In this document: piece after piece, positions 9,800 through 18,439 of the stretch
Layout of the letters: each line of letters opens with the position of its first letter
How positions within the stretch are numbered: the first letter of the stretch is position 1
Source of the DNA: a bacterium
Lineage (GTDB): Bacteria > Joyebacterota > Joyebacteria > Joyebacterales > Joyebacteraceae
DNA length: 64,000 nucleotides
NCBI GenBank assembly: GCA_025782395.1
Contig: JALGZD010000218.1
Coordinates: 4,876 to 68,875 of the forward strand
Reading direction: 5' to 3'
Notes under the pieces: model-generated
The model's input: the letters and a program-made list of their open reading frames with translations, nothing else
Database searches by the model: none
Told to the model about the DNA's origin: nothing
Position numbers and translations under genes: made by a program

Positions 9800-10930
9800 C
9801 TACTTGAACATTGTCTTCACGCGTCCCCAACTGGTCGCTTCCACAGGCGTGGCCCCGCAGCCGATGCCCAGTGCGCCCACGCCGTCGCAGTCGGGGTTGT
9901 TCTCGGCAGCACAGGGTGAATCGCTCTGGAGCGAGTACGGGCTGTCCGGATTGAGAATCCCGCAGAAGAGCGGGTCCTCCGAAATGTTGCCGTCTACGCC
10001 GTTCTGGCCGGCGATGCAGCCTACCCAGTTGCCGTACTCATTCTGGAAGACGTCGCAGCAGACGAGCGTGGCCGTGCCTCCCGCCAAACAGCATACGGCC
10101 TCTCCCTTGTAGCCGAAGGCGATGATCGTTCTATCGACGGACACGTCGGATCCACCGTCGCAGAAGATCCCGCTCCCTCCACAACCTATGCAGTGAACGA
10201 TCGTGCATCCTTCGATGACAAGTGTCGAACCGGAACAGCACGCAAGCGCCCCCCCGGAGTCAGCCGAGTTCTCGGGGAGAAGACAGTCCGTCAAGAGGAG
10301 TGAAGAGGCGTCCGTGCACGTGACACATCCTCCCGCGTCGGATGTGTTGTGAGTGAAGTAGCAGTTGCTGATCACGAGATCGGATCCGGCCGCACAGATG
10401 ATCGCCCCGCCCGAGCCATCCAGCGCCATCTCCGACGAATTGCCCTCGAAAAGGCAATTCTCGATCAGTGAAGACGACCCGTAGAACCCCATGCCGCCAC
10501 CGACATCGGGACTGCGGTTCGAACGGAAGGAGCAGTTCCTGAAGGTGGGCGACGTCGCGTTGCAGTAGATGGCCCCCCCTCCTTCGGCATACCCGTGCAT
10601 GATCGTGAAACCGTCGACGATCGACGCTGCGTTTTCCCCGTTACGGAAGCAGAAAGCGCGCGTGCCGCGCGCGCAATCGATGGTCGTCTGAGCCGCGCCG
10701 GACTCGGACATGACAACCATGTTGGTGCCTCCGAAGTTCAGCTCACAGTTGTTGGTTCCCGTGTAGGTGCCGACCGCGACCAGTACGGTGTCTCCCTCGC
10801 CGGCCGCATCGATCCCCTCCTGTATCGTCGGCTGATCCAATGGGACGTGAATGACGGTCGCCGCACTCAGGACGCTCACAACGACCAGCATGATCGCAGC
10901 AGCCACGACCAAGAGTCTTCTCTGCCTCAT
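9800..10930 (-). CDS. secreted right-handed parallel beta-helix (pectin-lyase-fold) repeat protein
   Basis: 376 aa. Signal peptide MRQRRLLVVAAAIMLVVVSVLSA. Many G/N/C/S/T-rich ~22-residue repeats (NCxFxxN, GGAIxC) typical of beta-helix proteins. Cys-rich. Distinctive C-terminal tail ...ATPVEATSWGRVKTMFK. Confidence 0.6.
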   Translation of the reverse strand: MRQRRLLVVAAAIMLVVVSVLSAATVIHVPLDQPTIQEGIDAAGEGDTVLVAVGTYTGTNNCELNFGGTNMVVMSESGAAQTTIDCARGTRAFCFRNGENAASIVDGFTIMHGYAEGGGAIYCNATSPTFRNCSFRSNRSPDVGGGMGFYGSSSLIENCLFEGNSSEMALDGSGGAIICAAGSDLVISNCYFTHNTSDAGGCVTCTDASSLLLTDCLLPENSADSGGALACCSGSTLVIEGCTIVHCIGCGGSGIFCDGGSDVSVDRTIIAFGYKGEAVCCLAGGTATLVCCDVFQNEYGNWVGCIAGQNGVDGNISEDPLFCGILNPDSPYSLQSDSPCAAENNPDCDGVGALGIGCGATPVEATSWGRVKTMFK

Positions 10931-11064
10931 GTCGCCCTCCCTGAGTGAGTCCCGCTCCGAGTAAGTCCCTCTCCCCTACACATACACCCGTTTAGTATAT
11001 CCCATATCAGCGCCTCAGCGTGTGTGCAATCCTCCAACGGTCGGCCCCGTACAATCGCAGGTTT

Positions 11065-12157
11065 CTACCCCGTCGCCTTCAGATATGCCTCGATGAACCT
11101 GTCGAGGTCACCATCCAGAACTCCGTTCACGTCGGACGTCTCGACTCCGGTCCGGTTGTCCTTGACCATCTGGTACGGATGGAGAACATAGGAGCGTATC
11201 TGGCTGCCCCACGCGATCTCGAGTTTCTCCCCTGCCTTCGCCTGCTGTTCCTTTCTGCGCTCTTCCTCACGGATGGCGTACAGACGGGATTTCAGTACCT
11301 TCATCGCGTTCTCGCGGTTCCGGAACTGCGACCGTTCACTCTGACACGAGACAACAATCCCGGTCGACAGATGCGTCAATCGAATGGCTGTGGAACTCTT
11401 GTTGACGTGCTGGCCACCGGGACCACTTGCACCGAAGACGTCCGTCCTGATGTCCGACTCGCTCACCTCAATGGCTGTTTCCTCATCCACTTCCGGATAG
11501 ACAGCAACGGATGCGAACGACGTGTGTCGACGGTGGTTCGCATCGAATGGCGAGAGACGAACCAGACGGTGAACGCCGATCTCAGCCTTCAGGTAGCCGT
11601 ACGCGTACGGCCCCTTCACGAGAACCGTGGCGCTCTTGATGCCGGCTTCGTCGGCCGACTGAATGTCCATGATTTCCGCCGAGAGACCGCCCTTCTCTAT
11701 CCAGGCCATGTACATCCTGAAGAGCATCCGCGCCCAGTCCTGCGAGTCGGTACCGCCGGCACCCGGATGGACCGAGAGGATCGCATTCCGCTCGTCGTCC
11801 TTCCCGGAGAGCATCTTCCGGAACTCCAGGTCATCAAGCTCCTTCTCGGCGGCGGCGAGTTCCTTTGCCGCCTCCTCCTCCGCCTCGCCACCTTCCTCCT
11901 CAGCCATCTCGAGCAGGGCCTCCAGATCCGAAAGGCGCACTCGGAGCGATGCCACGGGCGCGAGCCAGGCCTTGAGCGAGGATATCTCCTCCACGACTCC
12001 CCTGGCACGCTGCGGATCCTGCCAGAAATCGGAAGCCGCAGTCATCACCTCGAGTTCGCCCATCCGCTTCTTCTTGCCGGCGATGTCAAAGATACTCCTC
12101 GAGCTCACCTACGCGCCGGGCGATGTCCTTCAGTGCTTTCTCTCTGTCGTTGCTCAT
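11065..12157 (-). CDS. prfB: peptide chain release factor 2, made by a programmed +1 ribosomal frameshift at CTT TGA C (about 12086-12091)
   Basis: The track ORF 11065..12108 has the RF2 motifs SPF and GGQHVNK. A frame-0 ATG at 12157 reads MSNDREKALKDIARRVGELEEYL then TGA. The site GAGGAG TAT CTT TGA C nearly matches the E. coli prfB autoregulatory frameshift site, including the internal SD-like GAGGAG. Confidence 0.9.
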
Positions 12158-12771
12158 GTGTCGCTCCTTTCCCCGGACACAAACTCAGTCCAGAACTGTT
12201 TGATCCTTGCACCAAGCTCCTCGATCGAACCATCGTTCTCAATGATCACATCCGCCGCTTCAAGGAGTCGCTCGCGCGGCAGCTGCGCCCGCATTCTGGC
12301 CTCGGCGACATCCTTGGAGAGCCCTGCGCCCGCAAGTCTGTCGAACCTGGTCTTGAACGGCGCATCAATGACGAGCACGATGTCAAAGAGACCCAGAATG
12401 TCCCATTCGGCAAGGAGAGCGGCTTCAACCACAAGCACGTCGGACTCGCCGGCCTTCTCCACACGCTCGATGGTCGCCCTTATCGCATTCACAAGCGGTG
12501 GGTGTGTTGCGGCGTTCAATCTCGCCAGCGCGTCCTCCGAGGCAAACGCCACCTCGGCCAGCCTGGTCCGATCCAACCGTCCGTCGGTCGAGAGGATCTC
12601 GTCACCGAACTCTCCGACGAGGGCGTCGAGAACGACCGACCCCGGTATCACGAGGTCGCGCGCCAGGTCGTCCGCAGTAACAATGCGCGCGCCGAGCTGC
12701 GCGAGCACTCTTGCCGCCTCGCTCTTCCCGGAACCGATCCCTCCGGTAAGACCAATCTTGATCATCGTCAC
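12154..12771 (-). CDS. coaE: dephospho-CoA kinase
   Basis: 205 aa. P-loop IGLTGGIGSGKS. The stop overlaps the prfB start (ATGA). Confidence 0.85.
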   Translation of the reverse strand: MTMIKIGLTGGIGSGKSEAARVLAQLGARIVTADDLARDLVIPGSVVLDALVGEFGDEILSTDGRLDRTRLAEVAFASEDALARLNAATHPPLVNAIRATIERVEKAGESDVLVVEAALLAEWDILGLFDIVLVIDAPFKTRFDRLAGAGLSKDVAEARMRAQLPRERLLEAADVIIENDGSIEELGARIKQFWTEFVSGERSDT

Positions 12772-12802
12772 CTCAGTGTGTCTCGAGCCAGCTCCGAGCC
12801 CA

Positions 12803-15502
12803 TCAGTGTGCCTCGAACCAGTTCCTGCCGTGGCCGATATCGACCACGACGGGAACGGACAGCTCGAGCCCCTTCGGTCCCGTCATCTCTTCCCGAACGA
12901 TCGCGGCAACCTCATCGATCGCCCTTGTCTCCACTTCGAGAACCAGCTCGTCGTGAACCTGGAGGACCAGAGCACACGGGAGCTTCTCCCTCTCGATCCG
13001 GCCGGCGAGTCCAATCATTGCGACTTTGATCATGTCGGCAGCACTTCCCTGGATCGGCGTATTCACAGCCACCCTCTCGGCCATGCTCCGGATGCGTCCG
13101 TTCTCTGAATCAAGTCCCGGTACCCGACGCCTTCGCCCCAGGAGCGTCGAGACATATCCGGTCTCGAGACCCTCCTGCTTGACGCGCTCCGTGTACTCAA
13201 GCACGCCCGGGTAGCTTTCGAAATAGCGGTCAATGAAGGCCGCGGCCTCACCGTTTGAGATCCCGAGCTGCCGCGCCAGTCCGAACGAGCTCATGCCGTA
13301 CATGATCCCGAAGTTCACTGTCTTCGCCCAATCCCGCTCAGACGGTTCGACGCCGTCCTCACCCTTCTCGAATACCAGCGCGGCCGTGGCTCTGTGGAGG
13401 TCCTTCCCCGCCTCGAATGCCGCCTTCATGCTCTCATCGTTGGAGATGTGAGCCATGATCCTGAGCTCGATCTGAGAGTAGTCCGCCGACATCAGGACCG
13501 AGCCATCCTTCGCAACGAAGGCCTTTCTGATCTCCCGTCCCAGCTCGGTTCTGGTCGGGATGTTCTGGAGGTTGGGGTTGCTGCTCGAGAGCCGTCCGGT
13601 GGCCGCTACCGCCTGATTGAACGATGTGTGAACGCGTCCGGTCTTTTCGTTCACCAGTCTCGGAAGCGCGTCGATGTACCCGGACTTCAGTTTGGTGAGC
13701 TGACGATACGACAGTATCAGGCGCGCTATTCCGTGCTCATGGCTGAGAGCGCTCAGAACGCGATTGTCCGTCGAGTACCCTGTCTTGGTCCTTCTCCCTC
13801 TGGGAAGCTCGAGACGTTCAAAGAGGACCTCGCTCACCTGCTTCGGCGAGTCGATATTGAACTCGACTCCGGAGAGCTGGTGCACCTCCGCGCGGAGTTC
13901 ATTTATCGTCTTCCCGAACCGGTCGCCAAGCTCACGGAGGATGCCGGTATCAAGAGCCACACCCTCCAGCTCCATGTGCGCCAGCACGCGCAGGAGCGGC
14001 ATTTCAACGTCCGTCATGAGTGCCGTGAGACCAGCATCGAAAAGCTTTGGCCGCAGTTCCTTTGTCAGCGCGTACGCGACTTCGGCATCCTCGCAAGCGT
14101 AGTCGCCGGCTACATCCACATCGACGTCTGCAAACGAGAGCTGGTTTGCGCCTTTGCCTATCAGGCTCTCTATCGGAGTGACGTTTCTCCCCAGATGCTC
14201 GAGCGCGAGAGCGGCGAGGTTGTGGCGGCGCTTCCCCGGATCCAGCAGGTAGGAGGCAAGCATCGTATCAAACTCGATGCCGCGCATCTCGACCCCGTGC
14301 ACTCTGAGAACCTCGTAGTCGTACTTCAGATTCTGTCCGCATTTTCTGATGCCGGCGTCCTCCAGAAGAGGGCCCAGTCTTTTCAGCAGGCTCCTTGTCT
14401 GCACACCGGCAGAACCCTTCTTCCTGACGGGTATGTACCTGCCCTCTCCGACGGCAGACGAGACCGACACCCCGACTATCTTCGCCAGGATCGGGTCGAG
14501 CGACGTCGTCTCGAGATCGATTGCGAACGCGCCGGCTGCGGCGAGCTCAACGACGAGTTGATCGAGCTCCTGAAGGGACTTGACAAGCCCGTACTCGAGC
14601 TCGCCCGAACCGGTCTTCGCGGCCGGCAGACGCTTGAGAAGCGATGGGAACTCCAGTTCTCTGAAGAGCTCAGTCGCGCGCTCTACGTCTATGGGTCCGG
14701 TCGACAGATCCTCCATGCCCGCATCGACCGGAGCGTTGAGCTCGATCGTGACAAGAACCCGGCTTTCGAGCGCCTGGTCCCGATACGTGTCGAGATTCTC
14801 GCGCCTCTTCGTGCCGCTTACCGAATCCAGGTTCTTGAGTACGCCCTCAATGGTCCCGTACGACCGAATGAGATCTACCGCCGTCTTCTTGCCGATCCCG
14901 GGGACTCCCGGGACATTGTCCGATGAGTCTCCCATCAGTCCAAGGACCTCGATGACCTGTCCCGGCGGCACGCCGAACTGCTCTACTACGCGGTCGGAGT
15001 CGTACTGGATCTTCTTGCCCGGATCGTAGATCGAAACGTCATCACCCACGAGCTGGAAGAAGTCCTTGTCGCCCGAGATGATCGTCGTATGGACGTCGAT
15101 CGCGTGCGCGCGAACGGCCAGCGTCCCGATGACATCGTCGGCTTCGTAGCCCGGAGACTCGACCACTGGGATTCCGAGCGCATCCATGATCCTCCGGATC
15201 GTCGGAAGCTGTTCTATCATCTCTTCGGGAGCTGCTTCCCGCGTCGCCTTGTAGTCCTCGAAGATCTCGTGACGGAAAGTCGGCTCCGGCGTGTCGAAAA
15301 CGACCGCGACGTACTTCGGCTCGAATCGGTCAAGCAGATCCATCACCGACGTGACGAACCCGAAGACGGCACTCACATTCTCGCCCTTCGAGTTTATGAG
15401 CGGGTTCCGGATGAAGGCGTAGTGTGATCTGTAGACCAAGGCGCTCCCGTCGATGAGACAGAGGACCGGGATGCCCCGTCCTGCGGGTTCGACGCTGGTC
15501 AT
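12803..15502 (-). CDS. polA: DNA polymerase I
   Basis: 899 aa. 5'-3' exonuclease N-terminus, 3'-5' exo-like domain, family-A polymerase motifs (DYSQIELRIMAH, QVHDELVLE). Confidence 0.95.
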   Translation of the reverse strand: MTSVEPAGRGIPVLCLIDGSALVYRSHYAFIRNPLINSKGENVSAVFGFVTSVMDLLDRFEPKYVAVVFDTPEPTFRHEIFEDYKATREAAPEEMIEQLPTIRRIMDALGIPVVESPGYEADDVIGTLAVRAHAIDVHTTIISGDKDFFQLVGDDVSIYDPGKKIQYDSDRVVEQFGVPPGQVIEVLGLMGDSSDNVPGVPGIGKKTAVDLIRSYGTIEGVLKNLDSVSGTKRRENLDTYRDQALESRVLVTIELNAPVDAGMEDLSTGPIDVERATELFRELEFPSLLKRLPAAKTGSGELEYGLVKSLQELDQLVVELAAAGAFAIDLETTSLDPILAKIVGVSVSSAVGEGRYIPVRKKGSAGVQTRSLLKRLGPLLEDAGIRKCGQNLKYDYEVLRVHGVEMRGIEFDTMLASYLLDPGKRRHNLAALALEHLGRNVTPIESLIGKGANQLSFADVDVDVAGDYACEDAEVAYALTKELRPKLFDAGLTALMTDVEMPLLRVLAHMELEGVALDTGILRELGDRFGKTINELRAEVHQLSGVEFNIDSPKQVSEVLFERLELPRGRRTKTGYSTDNRVLSALSHEHGIARLILSYRQLTKLKSGYIDALPRLVNEKTGRVHTSFNQAVAATGRLSSSNPNLQNIPTRTELGREIRKAFVAKDGSVLMSADYSQIELRIMAHISNDESMKAAFEAGKDLHRATAALVFEKGEDGVEPSERDWAKTVNFGIMYGMSSFGLARQLGISNGEAAAFIDRYFESYPGVLEYTERVKQEGLETGYVSTLLGRRRRVPGLDSENGRIRSMAERVAVNTPIQGSAADMIKVAMIGLAGRIEREKLPCALVLQVHDELVLEVETRAIDEVAAIVREEMTGPKGLELSVPVVVDIGHGRNWFEAH

Positions 15503-16080
15503 GAGTAGAGGTTCTTCTCTCGAATGTAGGATTCGACGGCGGGTGGAACGAGATAGCGAATCGAGCGCCCTTCGCCGGCGCGCCGTCTGATGTCGCTGCT
15601 TGATATCTCCATAAGGGGACTGTCGAGAATCAGGATCTTCTCAAGCGCCGCAGGATCCGTTTCACGCTCGTTCACTCCCGGCCTGCGGACAACGACAATC
15701 TGGACCTCATCAAGCAGGTGCTCGGGTGCCTTCCATGATGAAAGCTGTGTCAGGCTGTCCGCTCCCATGATGAAACAGATGCGTTCATTCGGACCGAGCG
15801 CAGCCTTCAGTTCCCGGATCGTCTCGATCGTGTACGACTTGCCCTTGCGTCGCGTCTCGATGTCGGAGAGTCCAAGACGGGGATTGCCCTCGATCGCAAC
15901 CCGAACCATCGCGATCCGATCCTCGATCGAGCTCACCCCGTCTTCGTGCTTGTGAGGAGGGCGGGCCGACGGAACGAACAGAACCCGGTCGAGACCACAC
16001 TGCTCCAGCGCCACCTCCGCAATTATGAGATGCGCGATGTGGATCGGATCGAAGGTCCCTCCCATCAATCCTGTTGCCAC
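15499..16080 (-). CDS. nadD: nicotinate-nucleotide adenylyltransferase
   Basis: 193 aa. GGTFDPIHIAHL nucleotidyltransferase motif. 4-nt overlap with the polA start. Confidence 0.85.
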   Translation of the reverse strand: MATGLMGGTFDPIHIAHLIIAEVALEQCGLDRVLFVPSARPPHKHEDGVSSIEDRIAMVRVAIEGNPRLGLSDIETRRKGKSYTIETIRELKAALGPNERICFIMGADSLTQLSSWKAPEHLLDEVQIVVVRRPGVNERETDPAALEKILILDSPLMEISSSDIRRRAGEGRSIRYLVPPAVESYIREKNLYS

Positions 16081-16099
16081 GAGTGGCCTCCTCCGAACC

Positions 16100-16879
16100 C
16101 TATTGTTCAGAGCCGCCCGGGTCGACCAGGAGATTCCTTGCCTCCTCGGCCTCAGCGGTGTCCGGGTAGAGTTCGTCCAGGCGACTCAGGATCTCCTGCG
16201 CGTGTGCCGTCTCCCCCGCGACAACGTAGCTTCGCACGAGCTCGAGCAATGCTCTGGGAGCCCAGGGCGTCTTCGGATACTCGAGAGGAATCGACTCCAG
16301 GTAGACTCTGGCCGCGGCGGGGCTTTCGAGCTTAACGTAGAGCATCGCCGTCTCGAAATCCTTCTGCGCGAGACGCGCTGTCAGTTCCGCCAGGCGCTCC
16401 CTCGCGCTATCCGAGAACTCGCAGTCCGGATGGTCACAAAGAAAACGCCGGAACTGCGCCATGGCTTCTTCCGTCGTCGATTGGTCCAAGGCAGCCGGCT
16501 TCGACTGTTCGAAGTAGACAAGTCCAAGTTTGTACTCGGCCTCCGGCGCAAGCTCGGACCGGGGATAATCCGAAAGCAGTCTCTGATACTCCAACTCCGC
16601 GGACGCGTAGTCGTCCATATCAAGGTGCGTATCCCCCAGCCCCATCAGAGCGTCGTCCGCCCTCTCATCCAGTGGCCAGGACATGGAAATGCGTTTGAAG
16701 GCCTCGATGGCCACGATGTAGTCCCCACGCTCCCGCGCGTCCAGTCCTATCGTGTACACTTCCTCCACGCTGGCTTCACCGAACTCAGGGATCGGCGAAC
16801 AACCGAAAGCGAGCGCGACAGCGATAGTTGAGAGAAGGAGAGCGACTCCTCCGCGTGCGTGGGCCTGCGAAAACGACAT
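16100..16879 (-). CDS. bamD: outer-membrane lipoprotein with TPR-like repeats, BamD (YfiO)-like
   Basis: 259 aa. Lipobox LAFGC, TPR-like helical repeats, overall BamD architecture. Confidence 0.6.
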   Translation of the reverse strand: MSFSQAHARGGVALLLSTIAVALAFGCSPIPEFGEASVEEVYTIGLDARERGDYIVAIEAFKRISMSWPLDERADDALMGLGDTHLDMDDYASAELEYQRLLSDYPRSELAPEAEYKLGLVYFEQSKPAALDQSTTEEAMAQFRRFLCDHPDCEFSDSARERLAELTARLAQKDFETAMLYVKLESPAAARVYLESIPLEYPKTPWAPRALLELVRSYVVAGETAHAQEILSRLDELYPDTAEAEEARNLLVDPGGSEQ

Positions 16880-16891
16880 TCTGTGACCTCC

Positions 16892-18433
16892 CTAGTCACT
16901 CGACTTGCTTGAGTAGAAGAGGTAGATGAGTCCCCCCACGATCCCGGCCACAACGACCGGCTCGATGACCTTGTCCCATCCCCCGGGTTCGATCTCTGGT
17001 GATGCAAACGCCTGTCCCGGCGTACGCAGACCCTCGAGCCGCGAACCAGGCACGATGTCCCTCCGCTCGCGCTCTTCGCTGCCGGCCCAGACGACGGTCT
17101 TTGAGGCACCGGCAAGCTGAAAGTAGACGTCGACCGACGACCGCCGCTCGGCTTTCCTTGCTCCTACCAACCACTCGCGCCACACACGCGTGTACGCGGT
17201 TTCGCAGGACACGATGCGATAGGCTACCTCGTACGACTCCATTTCGTCGACATGGGCCACCATGCCGCCCCCGGCGGGCGGCGTCGCAGCAGTCCTTACG
17301 GTGTGACCACACCCCGTCAGCTCCTCCAGAAAGATCGACTGTACGAGCCAGTTCGCCGCGTGCGAATCGATCTGCCTGATACTCACTTCGGCACCGACCG
17401 GGATGCCCATCTTGTCCAGGGCAGTGGCTATCACGCTACGCGTGAGGTCGGAGAGAACGTTGATGTTCGACGTTGGAATCGTCAGCTCTTCGGCTGTCCC
17501 TCTGTAGGTCGTCTCCTCCGCCCCCCCTGCCGAAAGCTCGCTGCCGAGTCCGGCCGTGAGCGCCAGCCAGTGTGTCCCTCCGAGATCGGTTGGACGATAG
17601 GCGTAGTCGATCGCCCACCGCTCGTCCCAATTCAGCCCGACACCACCGGTGAAAGACGAGAGAGCCGTGTCACCACCGAGTATCATCCCGCCCCTGAGCG
17701 CGAGGTAGCGCACCGGGGAATACTCCACGCCGGCGCGCGTTGTGACTTCTGAATCGTTCACCTTCTCGAAATCGAGCGCGAAGACGGCGTCGTTCCAGAG
17801 ATACGAGCCGCCGACCGTGATCGTCGCAGGCAACGGATCACTCTCCACCTCGAAGGTCAGTCCGGGCCCGAGGTTCCTGACTGCGGCGCCGATCGTGGCC
17901 GACTTCGATAGCGCATAGACGGCGCCGATATCGAGTGCATAGGAGGAGGCGCCGGCGTCACCCAACGAACTCCTGAGGTACTTGACACTTCCGCCCACTC
18001 CGAGGTTCGGGCGGAGACGGCGAGCGTAGCCGACCACGCCGGAGAAATCACCAGCCTCGAAGGTGCCGCTGCCCGTATTGTCCCACGACAGGGATCCCTG
18101 CTCGAGTGCAAGTCCCACCGACCCGTTCGAACCCAGCGGAGTGGCGAACGACGCGTACTCATATGAAGCGTCATCCAGCCATGAGACGTGCGACACACTC
18201 AGCCGCATCCGGGTGGTCTGCGAAAGCCCGGCCGGGTTCCAGTAGAGCGCGGACCCGTCGGTGGCGAGGGAAACGTACGCACCACCCATACCCACAGACC
18301 GCGCACCCATACCTATCCCGAGGAACTGCGCCCCCGACGTCCCCTGCGACCAGCACTCGACAGACGGGACGACCACAAGAAACAGGACAGTAAGAACCAC
18401 GAACCGCTTCGACACCATGCTCGAACCTCCCAT
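16892..18433 (-). CDS. FadL/PorV-PorQ-family outer-membrane beta-barrel protein with an unusual ~200-aa C-terminal extension ending in a hydrophobic segment
   Basis: 513 aa. Signal peptide. N-terminal motif GIGMGARSVGMGGAYVSLATDGSALYWNPAGL shared with three other ORFs in the window (NPAGL-type FadL/PorV signature). Residues ~300-513 are non-barrel-like and end ...EPVVVAGIVGGLIYLFYSSKSSD. Confidence 0.6.
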   Translation of the reverse strand: MGGSSMVSKRFVVLTVLFLVVVPSVECWSQGTSGAQFLGIGMGARSVGMGGAYVSLATDGSALYWNPAGLSQTTRMRLSVSHVSWLDDASYEYASFATPLGSNGSVGLALEQGSLSWDNTGSGTFEAGDFSGVVGYARRLRPNLGVGGSVKYLRSSLGDAGASSYALDIGAVYALSKSATIGAAVRNLGPGLTFEVESDPLPATITVGGSYLWNDAVFALDFEKVNDSEVTTRAGVEYSPVRYLALRGGMILGGDTALSSFTGGVGLNWDERWAIDYAYRPTDLGGTHWLALTAGLGSELSAGGAEETTYRGTAEELTIPTSNINVLSDLTRSVIATALDKMGIPVGAEVSIRQIDSHAANWLVQSIFLEELTGCGHTVRTAATPPAGGGMVAHVDEMESYEVAYRIVSCETAYTRVWREWLVGARKAERRSSVDVYFQLAGASKTVVWAGSEERERRDIVPGSRLEGLRTPGQAFASPEIEPGGWDKVIEPVVVAGIVGGLIYLFYSSKSSD

Positions 18434-18439
18434 GTTCCT

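Noticed and set aside
11020-13029. 669-aa plus-strand ORF, and the overlapping 481-aa ORF 11663..13108
   Set aside because: They are antisense to prfB, coaE and polA, which carry clear conserved motifs. Composition is Arg/Pro/Ser-rich with no domains. They are spurious.
13394-14926. 510-aa plus-strand ORF inside polA
   Set aside because: It is antisense to DNA polymerase I, which has unmistakable family-A motifs. No independent support.
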